Positions 9,546-19,551 of a stretch of 64,000 nt of DNA are shown here, piece after piece (the stretch's first letter is position 1; each line of letters begins with the position of its first letter). Location of the stretch: NCBI RefSeq assembly GCF_965208055.1, contig NZ_CBDBNY010000004.1, positions 2,814,029-2,878,028 of the forward strand, read 5' to 3'. The notes beneath the pieces are model-generated. The model was given only the letters and a program-made list of their open reading frames with translations, made no database searches and was not told the origin of the DNA. Source of the DNA: Candidatus Palauibacter sp. Lineage in GTDB: Bacteria; Gemmatimonadota; Gemmatimonadetes; Palauibacterales; Palauibacteraceae. The position numbers and the translations under genes are program-made.

Positions 9546-11837
9546 TCAGAAGCCGATGGACTTCGACACCTTCGCGGCGAGGACCCGCTCGACGGTCATG
9601 CCGGCGTCCAGGTCGCGCCGCTCGGTGTAGACGAGGAAGATGTCGCTGAGGGGCGAATACAGGTAGTTGAAGCGCACGTTCGTCACGAACTGGTCCTCGG
9701 CCGCATTGTACTGGACGAAGGCGCTCGCGAAGAGCTTCGTCGAAAAGCCGTAGTCGATCCGCCCTCCGAACACGTCCGCGGTAAAGTCGCCGGTCGGGAG
9801 CGAGATGTCGTTGTGGTTCGCCGACAGATCGACGGAGAGGTGATGGTTCGGCCGCCACATGAGGCCTCCCGACAGCGACGTCAGCGTCCCATCGAAGAAA
9901 CCGCCGCGTTCGACCCGAACAAATCCCGATAGAATTCGCCCGGGCGCGGACCGATACTGCAGCGAACCTGAACCAAACCCGAAACGGCCGACGGGGATCG
10001 TCGCGTCCCTCGAGACGCGAAACGGTTCCCGCAGGAGCTCGAACCGGTCCGTGTAGTTCAGCGTGAGTCCGCTCCCGTTCAGGAACGACACTCCGAATCC
10101 GGCCGTCCGCGTCCGCGTTACGAGGACGGACTCGAGATCCTGGACGTAGTCGATCTCGATGTACGGATTGACCTCCTGAACACCGGGCACCGGCGGTCGC
10201 GGGTGGAGACCCACCGTGGCGTAGCTCTGCCGGATGTCGCGCCGGCGCACGAAGCCCACCGTCGGGTTGAAGTCCTCCCCCACGTGGCGCCACAGCGCCG
10301 ATACATCCCACAGTTCGTCCCGCCACCCCGCCCACATTCGTCCCGCGAAGGCGTCCCCATCGGTATCCGGCGAGCGCGTCCAGGCCAGGAACGGCGCGAA
10401 GAGCAGCGACGGGAGCGGCCTCAGGTTCGCGTCGAAACCCACGCTGCGGTTGAAGTCGGGGTATCCCGCGATGTCCGAGCCGGTCGCTTCCCGATTGACG
10501 AAGATCGCCCCCATGTCCGACGTCCCGAACACACTCCGGCGCGCCCGCATGACCGAGAAGTTCTCGGCCGGCAGGCCCCGCCCGGAGCGGGTCTGGAGGT
10601 TCATGAGGCCGACCTCGAAGCCTCCCGTCCGGCCCGTGAGTCGCGCCCCCCCGAGGATGGGGATCGGTTCCCCCGTCCCCCGGAGGCCGATGCGCCGCGA
10701 GTGAAAGAGCGTGAAGTCGCGCAGCGAGACCCCGGTCCGGTAGCTGCGCTCCGACTGGTCGCCGAAGGCGAACGTGCCGGAGTTCTCGACGAAGAAGTCC
10801 CGTTTCTCGGGGAAGAAGAGCGGGAAGCGGGTCAGGTTGACCTGCTCCTGGTCCACTTCGACCTGCGCGAAGTCCGTGTTGTACGTGAGGTCGAGCGTCA
10901 AGCCGGGCGTGACCCCGTACTTGACGTCGAACCCGATGTCGGCCTGCGTGCCGCCGCCCCCTTCCCGGATCAGCGTGCCCGTCTGGTCCTGCGCGAGCGC
11001 GTAGGGCTTCACCCGCAGGTTGAGCCCCGGTCCCACCCCCCGGAATCCGGTCAGCGTCCCCGCCTTGGACATCTTGTGGATCTGGTCGCGACGGTCGAGC
11101 GGCGCCCAGAACGTGTCCTCCGCCTTGCGCCGGATGCGCCGCAGGATCTGGAGTCCCCAGGTCTGGTCCTCCTCCGAGGGATTGAAACGGAGCGTGGAGA
11201 AGGGGATCTCGATCTCCACCGTCCAGCCCCCGTCGTTCCTGGTGGTCTCGACCCGGATCGGGCCCTCCCACGCCTGGTTCTCGGAGCGGCTGTCGTCGAA
11301 GATCTGCACGTCCTTGAGCGCGCCTCCCGGATTCACGAGGAACATGAACCCGTTCCGGCGGTCGAGGTACGTGTCCAGCGTCACGCCGAAGACGTCGGAT
11401 GATCCGCTGTTGAAGTCCTGCTTGAGGCTGGAGATGAAGTAACGGTCGGGCTCCGAGTCGTGGCAGATCGCGCCGATGTAGAGGGCGCGGTCGTCGTACA
11501 GGAAGTAGACGACCGTCTCCTCGCTGGCGGGCGCGCCGGTGTCGGGACGGGACTGCACGAACCCGGTCAGGGGCTGGGCCTGCTGCCAGATGGGCTCGTC
11601 GAGACGGCCGTCCACGGTGGGCGGCGCGTCCGTGCGCAGGGCGGCGGCCGTCGGGCGGGGCGCTGACTCGACCGCGATCCGGGCGGGTCCCTCCCGAGCC
11701 GGCTCCTGCCCGGTGGCCGCCGAAGGGACGAGCGGCGGGAGCACTGCGGCGAGCACCAGAATGTGCAGAGTGTGCCGGAGCTCGCGCCCTGCCGCGGGGC
11801 CGGACGTGCGGGGATTCCTCAGCGGCGACCCTTTCAG
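9546..11837 (-). CDS. CBM9-like + DUF5916 outer-membrane protein
   Basis: VDGRLDEPIW CBM9-like N-terminus, NTDFAQVEVD, NLTRFPLFFPEKRDFF, terminal Phe; start uncertain (CTG 11837 or 11822). Confidence 0.85.
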   Translation of the reverse strand: MKGSPLRNPRTSGPAAGRELRHTLHILVLAAVLPPLVPSAATGQEPAREGPARIAVESAPRPTAAALRTDAPPTVDGRLDEPIWQQAQPLTGFVQSRPDTGAPASEETVVYFLYDDRALYIGAICHDSEPDRYFISSLKQDFNSGSSDVFGVTLDTYLDRRNGFMFLVNPGGALKDVQIFDDSRSENQAWEGPIRVETTRNDGGWTVEIEIPFSTLRFNPSEEDQTWGLQILRRIRRKAEDTFWAPLDRRDQIHKMSKAGTLTGFRGVGPGLNLRVKPYALAQDQTGTLIREGGGGTQADIGFDVKYGVTPGLTLDLTYNTDFAQVEVDQEQVNLTRFPLFFPEKRDFFVENSGTFAFGDQSERSYRTGVSLRDFTLFHSRRIGLRGTGEPIPILGGARLTGRTGGFEVGLMNLQTRSGRGLPAENFSVMRARRSVFGTSDMGAIFVNREATGSDIAGYPDFNRSVGFDANLRPLPSLLFAPFLAWTRSPDTDGDAFAGRMWAGWRDELWDVSALWRHVGEDFNPTVGFVRRRDIRQSYATVGLHPRPPVPGVQEVNPYIEIDYVQDLESVLVTRTRTAGFGVSFLNGSGLTLNYTDRFELLREPFRVSRDATIPVGRFGFGSGSLQYRSAPGRILSGFVRVERGGFFDGTLTSLSGGLMWRPNHHLSVDLSANHNDISLPTGDFTADVFGGRIDYGFSTKLFASAFVQYNAAEDQFVTNVRFNYLYSPLSDIFLVYTERRDLDAGMTVERVLAAKVSKSIGF

Positions 11838-12820
11838 TTCCAGCTCAGCCCCCGCAACTGTTCCACGTCGAGGTTCCCGCCGCTCAGAACACACGCGACC
11901 TTCGTCCCGGCCGGCGCGTCGATGAGGCCGTTGAGGACGGCGGCGACCGAAGCGGCAGCCGCACCCTCGGTGACGAGCTTGGCGCGCGTCATCAACCACA
12001 GCATGGCGTCAAAAATCTCCTCGTCGGGAAGCGTGACGACGCGCTCCACGAAGCGGCTCACGACGGACGCCGTGTTGTCGCCGACCCGCATCACCTTGAG
12101 TCCGTCGATCGCGCAGTCCACGGTCTCGAGGGTGATCATCTCGCCGGATTCGACCGTCCGCTTCATCGCGGGCGCCCCCGATGATTCCACCCCGATCACG
12201 CGGATATCCGGGTTCACGCTCTTCAGCGCCATCGAATTGCCGGAGATGAGGCCGCCTCCGCCGATGGGGATGACGACGAGTTCGACCTCCGGCCAGTCCT
12301 CCAGAATCTCGAGACCGATCGTCCCCTGGCCCGCGATCAAACGCGGGTTGTCGAAGGGGTGCACATAGGTGAGTCCGCGCTCCTCGACGAGTTCCAGCGC
12401 GCGCTCGTTGGCCTCGTCCCAGATCGACCCATGAAGGACGACCTCGGCGCCGTAGCCCTCCGTGGCCGCGACCTTGGCCGGAGTCGCGTTCTCCGCCATG
12501 ACCACGACGGCCGGGATCCCGTACAGGCGGGCCGCCAGCGCCACACCCTGCGCATGGTTCCCGGCGGAGGAGCAGATGATGCCCCGTGCCTTCTCCTCCT
12601 CGCTCATATGCGCCATCACGTTCAGCGGACCCCGCACCTTGTAGGAACCCCCGCGCTGGAAGAGTTCGGCCTTGAGCCGGATGTCGAAGCCGGAGGCCTC
12701 GCTCAGCGAGCGCGAGGTGAGGAGCGGAGTGTGGTAGACGTGCGGCGCGACGTGCTTCCGCGCGCGCTCGAAGTCCTCGCGCGTCAGCGTGAGTCCGGGG
12801 ATCTCGACGTGTGGCGTCAC
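11834..12820 (-). CDS. PLP-dependent threonine/serine dehydratase (short form)
   Basis: KAELFQRGGSYKVRG, SAGNH, GGGGL, SGGN. Confidence 0.92.
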   Translation of the reverse strand: MTPHVEIPGLTLTREDFERARKHVAPHVYHTPLLTSRSLSEASGFDIRLKAELFQRGGSYKVRGPLNVMAHMSEEEKARGIICSSAGNHAQGVALAARLYGIPAVVVMAENATPAKVAATEGYGAEVVLHGSIWDEANERALELVEERGLTYVHPFDNPRLIAGQGTIGLEILEDWPEVELVVIPIGGGGLISGNSMALKSVNPDIRVIGVESSGAPAMKRTVESGEMITLETVDCAIDGLKVMRVGDNTASVVSRFVERVVTLPDEEIFDAMLWLMTRAKLVTEGAAAASVAAVLNGLIDAPAGTKVACVLSGGNLDVEQLRGLSWN

Positions 12821-13012
12821 TGGGGCCGTCTCTCTCGGCAGGGCGGTCGGCTGGCGGCCGGATCCACGTCCAGGTCCGCAGAAGCGTGGTCGATAATCCC
12901 CGGAACGGGAAGGCCACGCAACGGGAAGCGGCGGTCGCCTTGCGGCGGAAGGCGTCGGTCGGCGACACTCAAGCCTCCTCCCCGCACGGACATCCGGCCG
13001 AGGATCCGCCAC

Positions 13013-14362
13013 TTGAACCAGCCTCAAGATTCACCGAAATCCGCACGCGAGCGCTTCGGCACCCGTGCCGGGTTCGTGCTTGCGGCAGTGGGGTCCGCCG
13101 TCGGGCTGGGCAACATGTGGCGCTTTCCGTATCAGACGGCGGAGGGCGGGGGCGCCGCCTTCCTCGTGGCCTACGTCTGTATGGCGTTCCTCATCGGCGT
13201 GCCAATGATGCTGGCGGAGTTCGCGGTGGGGCGGCGCGCCCGCCAGTCAGCCATCGGAGCGCTGCGGTCGGTCGGAGGCCGGCGCTGGGCCGCAATGGGC
13301 CTCCTCTTCCTGGCGACGTCGACCGTCATCATGGCCTACCTGTCGGTCATCACGGGCTGGGCGCTGCGATACGCGCTCGATGGTCTGGCGACCGGCTTCC
13401 ACGCCGACGCGGCGGGACGATACGAATCCATCGCCTCCGGCCCCTCGGCGGTCGTCTTCCACCTCGTGTCGATCGCCGCGACGGTGGGGATCGTCGTGTT
13501 CGGCGTCCGCAAAGGGATCGAGCGGGCCAGCATGCTGCTCATGCCGGTCCTCTTTCTTCTCCTCATCGGCCTCGCGATCTGGGCCGCGACGCTGCCGGGC
13601 GCCGCGGAGGGATACCGGTTCTATCTCTCGCCGTCACTGAACGAGTTGTTTGATCCGGTCGTGCTGCAGGGCGCGGCCGCCCACGCCTTCTACTCGCTGA
13701 GCGTGGGGATGGGGATCATGGTCACCTATTCCTCCTACCTCTCGAGAAGCGCCAACCTCGGTCGAGAAAGCGCCGTGATCGCGCTCTCGGACTTCTCCGT
13801 CGCCTTCGTGGCGGGGCTGGTCGTGTTTCCCATCGTCTTCGGACTCGGGCTGTCGGAGGACGTGGGGGAGAGCACCCTGGGCGTCCTCTTCATCTCGCTC
13901 CCGAGCGCCTTCGCGCAGATGGAGGCGCTGGGCCGCGTCGTGGGTACGGCGTTCTTCATCGCCGTGATCGTGGCGGCCATCACCTCGGCCGTCTCGCTGC
14001 TCGAGGTGGCGGCCTCGATCCTCATCGATGAATGGGGCTGGACGCGCCGGCGGGCGACGCTTACTTCGGGGTTCCTCATTGCGGCGGTCGGGATCGTGCC
14101 GGCGCTTTCCCTCGGGGCACTGGGCATCATGGATCAGGTGGCGGCGGAACTGCTCACGGTGCTGGGCGTCCTCGCGATCGCCGTGCTCGTGGGTTGGGTG
14201 ATGAAGCACCCGGAGGAGGAACTGCGGATCGGGGCCTCGCCCGGGTTCGCGCGCCTGATTCCGGTGGCGCGGTTCCTGATTCGCTATGTGGCGCCGCCTC
14301 TGCTGGCGTACGTGAGCTGGATCGCGCTGCGTCAGACGATCCGCGTGATCGCCGGCGGCTAA
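13013..14362 (+). CDS. Sodium-dependent transporter, NSS/SNF family
   Basis: GSAVGLGNMWRFPY, GGGAAF, FYSLSVGMG; TTG start. Confidence 0.93.
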   Translation: MNQPQDSPKSARERFGTRAGFVLAAVGSAVGLGNMWRFPYQTAEGGGAAFLVAYVCMAFLIGVPMMLAEFAVGRRARQSAIGALRSVGGRRWAAMGLLFLATSTVIMAYLSVITGWALRYALDGLATGFHADAAGRYESIASGPSAVVFHLVSIAATVGIVVFGVRKGIERASMLLMPVLFLLLIGLAIWAATLPGAAEGYRFYLSPSLNELFDPVVLQGAAAHAFYSLSVGMGIMVTYSSYLSRSANLGRESAVIALSDFSVAFVAGLVVFPIVFGLGLSEDVGESTLGVLFISLPSAFAQMEALGRVVGTAFFIAVIVAAITSAVSLLEVAASILIDEWGWTRRRATLTSGFLIAAVGIVPALSLGALGIMDQVAAELLTVLGVLAIAVLVGWVMKHPEEELRIGASPGFARLIPVARFLIRYVAPPLLAYVSWIALRQTIRVIAGG

Positions 14363-14383
14363 ACCGGACCTCCGGAGCAAGAC

Positions 14384-15469
14384 GTGTCCAACCTCGATCG
14401 ACTCAGAGACGAACTCGCGCGCATCGACCGCGAACTGCTCGAACTCGTGGCACGGCGGCAGGCAGTATCCGCGAAAGTCGGGGAGCGAAAGCGCGCCTCG
14501 CAGATCCCCCCGCGCGACTACCGGCAGGAAAAAACCGTCATCGAGCGGGCCCGCGCTGCCGCGAGCGACCTCGGCCTCCCGCCGCGGCTGGCCGAGGATC
14601 TCGTCCTCTCACTGATCCGTTGGTCGCTCACCGTGCAGGAACGGGGCAGCGTGGCCGCGGCCGCGAGAGGAGGCGGGAAACGCGCCCTCGTCATCGGCGG
14701 TTCCGGGAAGATGGGGGGGTGGTTCGTCCGCTTCCTCGCCTCGCAGGGGTTCAAGGTGGAGAACGCGGACCCGGACGGGGGGGATCACGCGGACTGGACC
14801 GCGACGCCGCTGGACCACGACCTGATCGTGGTGGCGACGCCCATGGTCATCGCCAACGAGATCCTCGCGCGGCTGGCGGAGATCGGGCCGCCGGGCCTGG
14901 TGTTCGATATCGGCTCGCTCAAGAGTCCGCTGCGCTCCGGCCTGCTGGCGCTGTCGGAAGCCGGGGTCCGCGTGACGTCCGTCCACCCCATGTTCGGTCC
15001 CGACACCGAACTCCTTTCAGGGGAACACGTGATCTTCGTGGACGTCGGCTGTCCCGACGCCACGGAAGGGGCGGAAGCTCTCTTCGCCTCGACCATGGCG
15101 ACGCGCGTGCGCATGGACCTGGAGAGCCACGACCGGGTGATGGGATTCGTGCTCGGGCTCTCGCACGCCCTCAACATCACCTTCTTCACGGCGCTGGCGC
15201 GCTCCGGCGAAACGACGCCGCGCCTGGCGGACGTGTCGAGCACCACGTTCGAGGCCCAGCTGGACGTGGCGCGCGCGCTGGCCGGCGAGAACCCGCACAT
15301 GTACTTCGAGATCCAGTCCTTGAACGAGTACGGAGACGCCGCGCTGAGAGAACTCGTGGCGGCGGCGGAGAGGGTCCGCGACGTGGTCGAAGCGGGGGAT
15401 GAGGCCGCCTTCGTCGCCCTGATGTCCGCGGGCCGCGACTACCTGGAGTCCCGCGGTTCCGCGGAATAG
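14384..15469 (+). CDS. tyrA: Chorismate mutase / prephenate dehydrogenase
   Basis: AroQ-type LRDELARID...RDYRQE; GGSGKMG, DIGSLK, HPMFGP. Confidence 0.9.
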   Translation: MSNLDRLRDELARIDRELLELVARRQAVSAKVGERKRASQIPPRDYRQEKTVIERARAAASDLGLPPRLAEDLVLSLIRWSLTVQERGSVAAAARGGGKRALVIGGSGKMGGWFVRFLASQGFKVENADPDGGDHADWTATPLDHDLIVVATPMVIANEILARLAEIGPPGLVFDIGSLKSPLRSGLLALSEAGVRVTSVHPMFGPDTELLSGEHVIFVDVGCPDATEGAEALFASTMATRVRMDLESHDRVMGFVLGLSHALNITFFTALARSGETTPRLADVSSTTFEAQLDVARALAGENPHMYFEIQSLNEYGDAALRELVAAAERVRDVVEAGDEAAFVALMSAGRDYLESRGSAE

Positions 15470-15614
15470 CCCGGGCCCGGTTCGACTGGCGTTGGGGCGT
15501 CGATAATCCCTATCTTGCACAGGCTGGATGCGGGGAGGGTGAATTGCGTCCAAACGCCGCGCTGGGTCGCGGTGTTTGCCCGGTAGCAGTCGGGCGACAG
15601 CCGGTGAGGTCCAC

Positions 15615-18059
15615 ATGAAGAAGTTCGCGATCGCGGCTCTGGGAACGGCGGCGCTGTATCTCGCCGTTACGGGCAAGGATGCGCCGCTCGGCGCGCCCTC
15701 GCACGCCCTTGCGGTCGCCCCCGCCCCGGACACCGTCGCGAATTCGGTCATCCAGACCGTGTGCACCCGCTGTCACAACGACTCGCGCAGGGCGGGCAAC
15801 CGCTCCTTCCTCGAGTTCGACGCCGCCGCGCCGCAGGCCGACCCCGAGACCGCCGAACAGATGATCCGCAAGCTTCGCGCCGGCATGATGCCGCCGCCCG
15901 GCATCCGGCGTCCGGAAGAGGCGACCCTGACGGCGGTGGTCGAGGAACTCGAGACGCGCATGGACGCGGCGGCGCGCGCGAATCCGAACCCGGGGACGCG
16001 GACCTTCCAGCGCCTCAACCGGGCGGAGTACCGCCGGGCGGCCCGGGATCTGCTCGACCTGGACGTCGACATGGAGGCGTTTCTCCCGACGGAAACGATC
16101 AGCGACAACTTCGACAACATCGCCGATGTCCAGATGATGTCCGCCACGTTGATGGAGGGCTATCTGCGGGCGGCGAGCGAGATCAGCCGCATGGCGATCG
16201 GCGATCCGGACGCGGGCCCGCGCCAGGTCACCTACAAGGTGCCCAAGACGGCGTCGCAGGCGGTTCGCGCCGAGGGCGCGCCCTTCGGCACGCGGGGCGG
16301 GATCTCCGTCATCCACGTCTTCCCCGCGGACGGGGAGTACGTGTTCAAGATGGACATGCACCCGGGTCCGACGGGGTTCCTGTACGGCATGACCGCTCCC
16401 GATGAGAAGATCGAGGTCTCGATCGACGGGGCACGCGTCGCGCTGCTCGAGATCGACCCGTTCATGTCGGAGTCGGACCCGCAGGGGATGGTGATCGAGA
16501 CCGAGCCCATCCATGTGCGGGCGGGTCCACAGCGGGTCACGGCGGCTTTCCTCCTCAACGCCGAGGGGCCGGACAACGACCTCATCAAGCCGATCGACTA
16601 CAAGCTGGCCGACTCGAACATCGGCAGCGCCTACGGCGTGACGACACTCCCGCACCTGCGCGACTTCCTCGTCACGGGACCGTTCGCGGTCACCGGCATC
16701 TCGGAGACGCCGAGCCGCAAGCGGATCTTCTCGTGCCGGCCCACGGCGCCCGAGGAGGAGCGGCCCTGCGCCCGGCAGATCATCAGGACGCTGGCGGCCA
16801 AGGCCTATCGCCGGCCGCTGGAGACCGACGATGTCGAAGACCTTCTGGTGTTCTTCGACCTCGGCGTCGAGGAGGGCGGGTTCGAGATCGGGATCCGCAC
16901 CGCGCTCCAGGCGATCCTCGCGAGTCCCCACTTCGTCTTCCGTCTCGAGGAGATGCCGGCGGACGTGGCGCCCGGGGAGATCTACCGTCTGAGCGACGTC
17001 GATCTCGCCACGCGGCTCTCCTACTTCGTGTGGGGCACGCACCCGGACGAGGAACTCGTGGCGCTGGCCGACGGCGGACGCCTCTCGGATCCGGCGGTGC
17101 TGGAGGCCCAGACGCGACGCATGCTCGACGACGCGCGGGCGGAAGCCATGGCGACGCGCTTCGCCTACCAGTGGTTCCGCCTGCAGGACCTGGAGAAGAT
17201 CCACCCCGACGCGCTGCTCTACCCGTACTGGGATCACCGGCTCGTCGAGGCGATGCTGCGGGAGACGGAACTCTTCTTCGAGCATCTCCTGCGCACGGAC
17301 GCGCCCTTCTTCGAACTGCTGACCGCGGACTACACGTTCGTGAACGAGCGGCTCGCGCGGCACTACGGGATACCGGGCGTGACCGGGGAGGAGTTCCGCC
17401 GGGTCGCGATCCCGGACGAGGCGCGCCGCGGGCTGCTGGGCCACGGGAGCATCCTCACGCTGACCTCGCACGCGGACCGAACATCACCCGTCCTGCGCGG
17501 GAAGTGGGTGATGGAGGTCCTGCTCGGGACGCCCCCGCCCCCGCCCCCGCCCGACGTGCCGGATCTCGAGGCGACGGATGAGGCGGAGGAGGGGCGCTTC
17601 CTCACGGTGCGCGAGCGGCTCGAGATGCACCGCTCCAATCCAGCCTGCCGGTCGTGCCACCGGGTGATCGACCCGATCGGCCTCGCGCTGGAGAACTTCG
17701 ACGTCACCGGGGCGTGGCGGATCAAGGACCAGGGCCGGACGGTGGACACGTCGGGCGAACTCTACGACGGGACGCCGATTCTGAGCGCCCCGGACCTGCG
17801 GGCCGCGCTGCTCGAACGCGAGGACTCGCTCGTCCGGACCTTCATCGAGAACCTCATGGCCTATGCCCTGGGCCGGCGGATCGAGTACTACGACATGTCC
17901 ACCGTGCGGGAGATCGCGCGCGTGGCGGCAGCTGACGATTACCGCATGACGTCGTTCATCCTCGAGGTCGTGAAGAGCGCGCCCTTCCAGATGAGCGCCG
18001 TCGAGATGGTGGCCGAAGACGATATCGACGCGGGCGGCGGGTCGGGCGACGAGCACTGA
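15615..18059 (+). CDS. DUF1592/DUF1588-type multidomain protein with two heme-c motifs (copy 1)
   Basis: Signal peptide, CTRCH, MMPP, RLNRAEY, LATRLSYF, RTSPVLRGKW, CRSCH...IDPIG. Confidence 0.9.
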   Translation: MKKFAIAALGTAALYLAVTGKDAPLGAPSHALAVAPAPDTVANSVIQTVCTRCHNDSRRAGNRSFLEFDAAAPQADPETAEQMIRKLRAGMMPPPGIRRPEEATLTAVVEELETRMDAAARANPNPGTRTFQRLNRAEYRRAARDLLDLDVDMEAFLPTETISDNFDNIADVQMMSATLMEGYLRAASEISRMAIGDPDAGPRQVTYKVPKTASQAVRAEGAPFGTRGGISVIHVFPADGEYVFKMDMHPGPTGFLYGMTAPDEKIEVSIDGARVALLEIDPFMSESDPQGMVIETEPIHVRAGPQRVTAAFLLNAEGPDNDLIKPIDYKLADSNIGSAYGVTTLPHLRDFLVTGPFAVTGISETPSRKRIFSCRPTAPEEERPCARQIIRTLAAKAYRRPLETDDVEDLLVFFDLGVEEGGFEIGIRTALQAILASPHFVFRLEEMPADVAPGEIYRLSDVDLATRLSYFVWGTHPDEELVALADGGRLSDPAVLEAQTRRMLDDARAEAMATRFAYQWFRLQDLEKIHPDALLYPYWDHRLVEAMLRETELFFEHLLRTDAPFFELLTADYTFVNERLARHYGIPGVTGEEFRRVAIPDEARRGLLGHGSILTLTSHADRTSPVLRGKWVMEVLLGTPPPPPPPDVPDLEATDEAEEGRFLTVRERLEMHRSNPACRSCHRVIDPIGLALENFDVTGAWRIKDQGRTVDTSGELYDGTPILSAPDLRAALLEREDSLVRTFIENLMAYALGRRIEYYDMSTVREIARVAAADDYRMTSFILEVVKSAPFQMSAVEMVAEDDIDAGGGSGDEH

Positions 18060-18114
18060 CCGGACCGCCCGCAGTCCCGGAACTGCTTGGGAGAACAAAC
18101 CAGGAGGAGTGAGC

Positions 18115-19515
18115 ATGGAACTCATCACGGGTAAGCACATGTCCCGCCGCACGGCCCTGAAGGGCCTGGGTGCGACGGTGGCGCTGCCGTTCCTGGATGC
18201 GATGCTGCCGGCCGGCCGACTGTGGGCCTCCACGAAGTCGCTCACGGACGTGAAGCGGTTCGTGGGCATCGAGATGGTGCACGGCGCCGCCGGCTGCAAC
18301 GAATGGGGCGCGTCGCAGTTCATGTGGTCGCCCGAGAAGGTGGGGCGCGACTTCGACCTCTCGCCGAGCAGCCTGAGCCCGCTCGAGCCGTGGCGCGACT
18401 ACCTGACGATCATCTCGAACACGGACGTCGAGAACGCGGAGGCGAAGACGCCGAAGGAGATCGGCGGCGACCACTTCCGTTCCAGCGCCACCTTCCTCAC
18501 GCAGGCGCACGCGAAACAGACCGAGGGCTCGGACGTGTTGGTCGGCACCTCGATGGACCAGTACTACGCGCAGCGCTTCGGGCAGGACACGCCGATCCCC
18601 TCCATGCAGCTCTGCATCGAGAACGTGGACCAGGCGGGCGGGTGCGCATACGGCTACGCCTGCGTGTACACGGACACGATCAGCTGGGCGTCGCCGACGG
18701 AGCCGCTGCCCATGATCCGTGACCCGCGGGCCGCGTTCGACCAGTTGTTCGGGGCCGGCGGCACGTCGGAGGACCGGGCCGCGCGCCGGCGCACGGATCG
18801 GAGCATCCTCGACTGGATCGTGGGCGAGGTGAGCGGCCTCAAGCGCGCTCTGGGGCCCACGGACCAGAGGCGGCTGGACCAGTATCTCGACAATATCCGC
18901 GAGATCGAACGCCGCATCGAGCGCATCGAGGCGTATAACAGCAGCGGTGAGACGCGTGAGATCCCCGAGGCCCCGCCTGGCGTTCCGGATGACTTCGCCG
19001 AGCACGTCCATCTCATGTTCGACCTGCAGGCCCTGGCCTTCCAGTCGGACCTCACGCGGGTGTTCTCGTTCAAGCTGGGCCGCGATGGGTCGGGCCGCGT
19101 GTATCCGGGCAGCGGTGTGGACGCCGGCTTCCACCCGGCCTCGCACCACGGCGGCCGCGAAGAGCGCGTGCGGGACTACGAGAAGATCAACCGCTACCAC
19201 GTGAGCATGATGCCGTACCTGCTCGAGAAGCTGGCCAGCATCGAGGAGCCGGACGGAAACCTGCTCGACAAGACCATGATCCTGTACGGCTCGCCGATGG
19301 GTGATTCGAACCTGCACAACCACAAGCGGTGCCCGCTGTTCGTGGTCGGCAAGGCCGGCGGCGAACTCGAGGGCAACATGCACATCAAGGCGCCGGACGG
19401 GACCCCGATGGCGAACGTGATGCTGAGCCTGATGCACAAGCTCGGCCTGGAGGACATGGAGAGCTTCGGCGACAGCACGGGCGACTTCTCGTTCTCGGCG
19501 GTCGCGCAGGACTGA
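18115..19515 (+). CDS. DUF1552 (HXXSHH) Tat-exported protein (copy 1)
   Basis: SRRTALKG...ALPFLDAM, GGDH, CAYGYAC, HPASHH, HNHKRCP. Confidence 0.9.
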   Translation: MELITGKHMSRRTALKGLGATVALPFLDAMLPAGRLWASTKSLTDVKRFVGIEMVHGAAGCNEWGASQFMWSPEKVGRDFDLSPSSLSPLEPWRDYLTIISNTDVENAEAKTPKEIGGDHFRSSATFLTQAHAKQTEGSDVLVGTSMDQYYAQRFGQDTPIPSMQLCIENVDQAGGCAYGYACVYTDTISWASPTEPLPMIRDPRAAFDQLFGAGGTSEDRAARRRTDRSILDWIVGEVSGLKRALGPTDQRRLDQYLDNIREIERRIERIEAYNSSGETREIPEAPPGVPDDFAEHVHLMFDLQALAFQSDLTRVFSFKLGRDGSGRVYPGSGVDAGFHPASHHGGREERVRDYEKINRYHVSMMPYLLEKLASIEEPDGNLLDKTMILYGSPMGDSNLHNHKRCPLFVVGKAGGELEGNMHIKAPDGTPMANVMLSLMHKLGLEDMESFGDSTGDFSFSAVAQD

Positions 19516-19551
19516 GCCGCGAGACCGGGCGGAGGGTCGGAGGCAAGATCG

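Noticed and set aside
12850-13010. Possible amino-acid riboswitch between the dehydratase and the NSS transporter (AACGGGAAG twice)
   Set aside because: No recognisable riboswitch consensus or expression platform.
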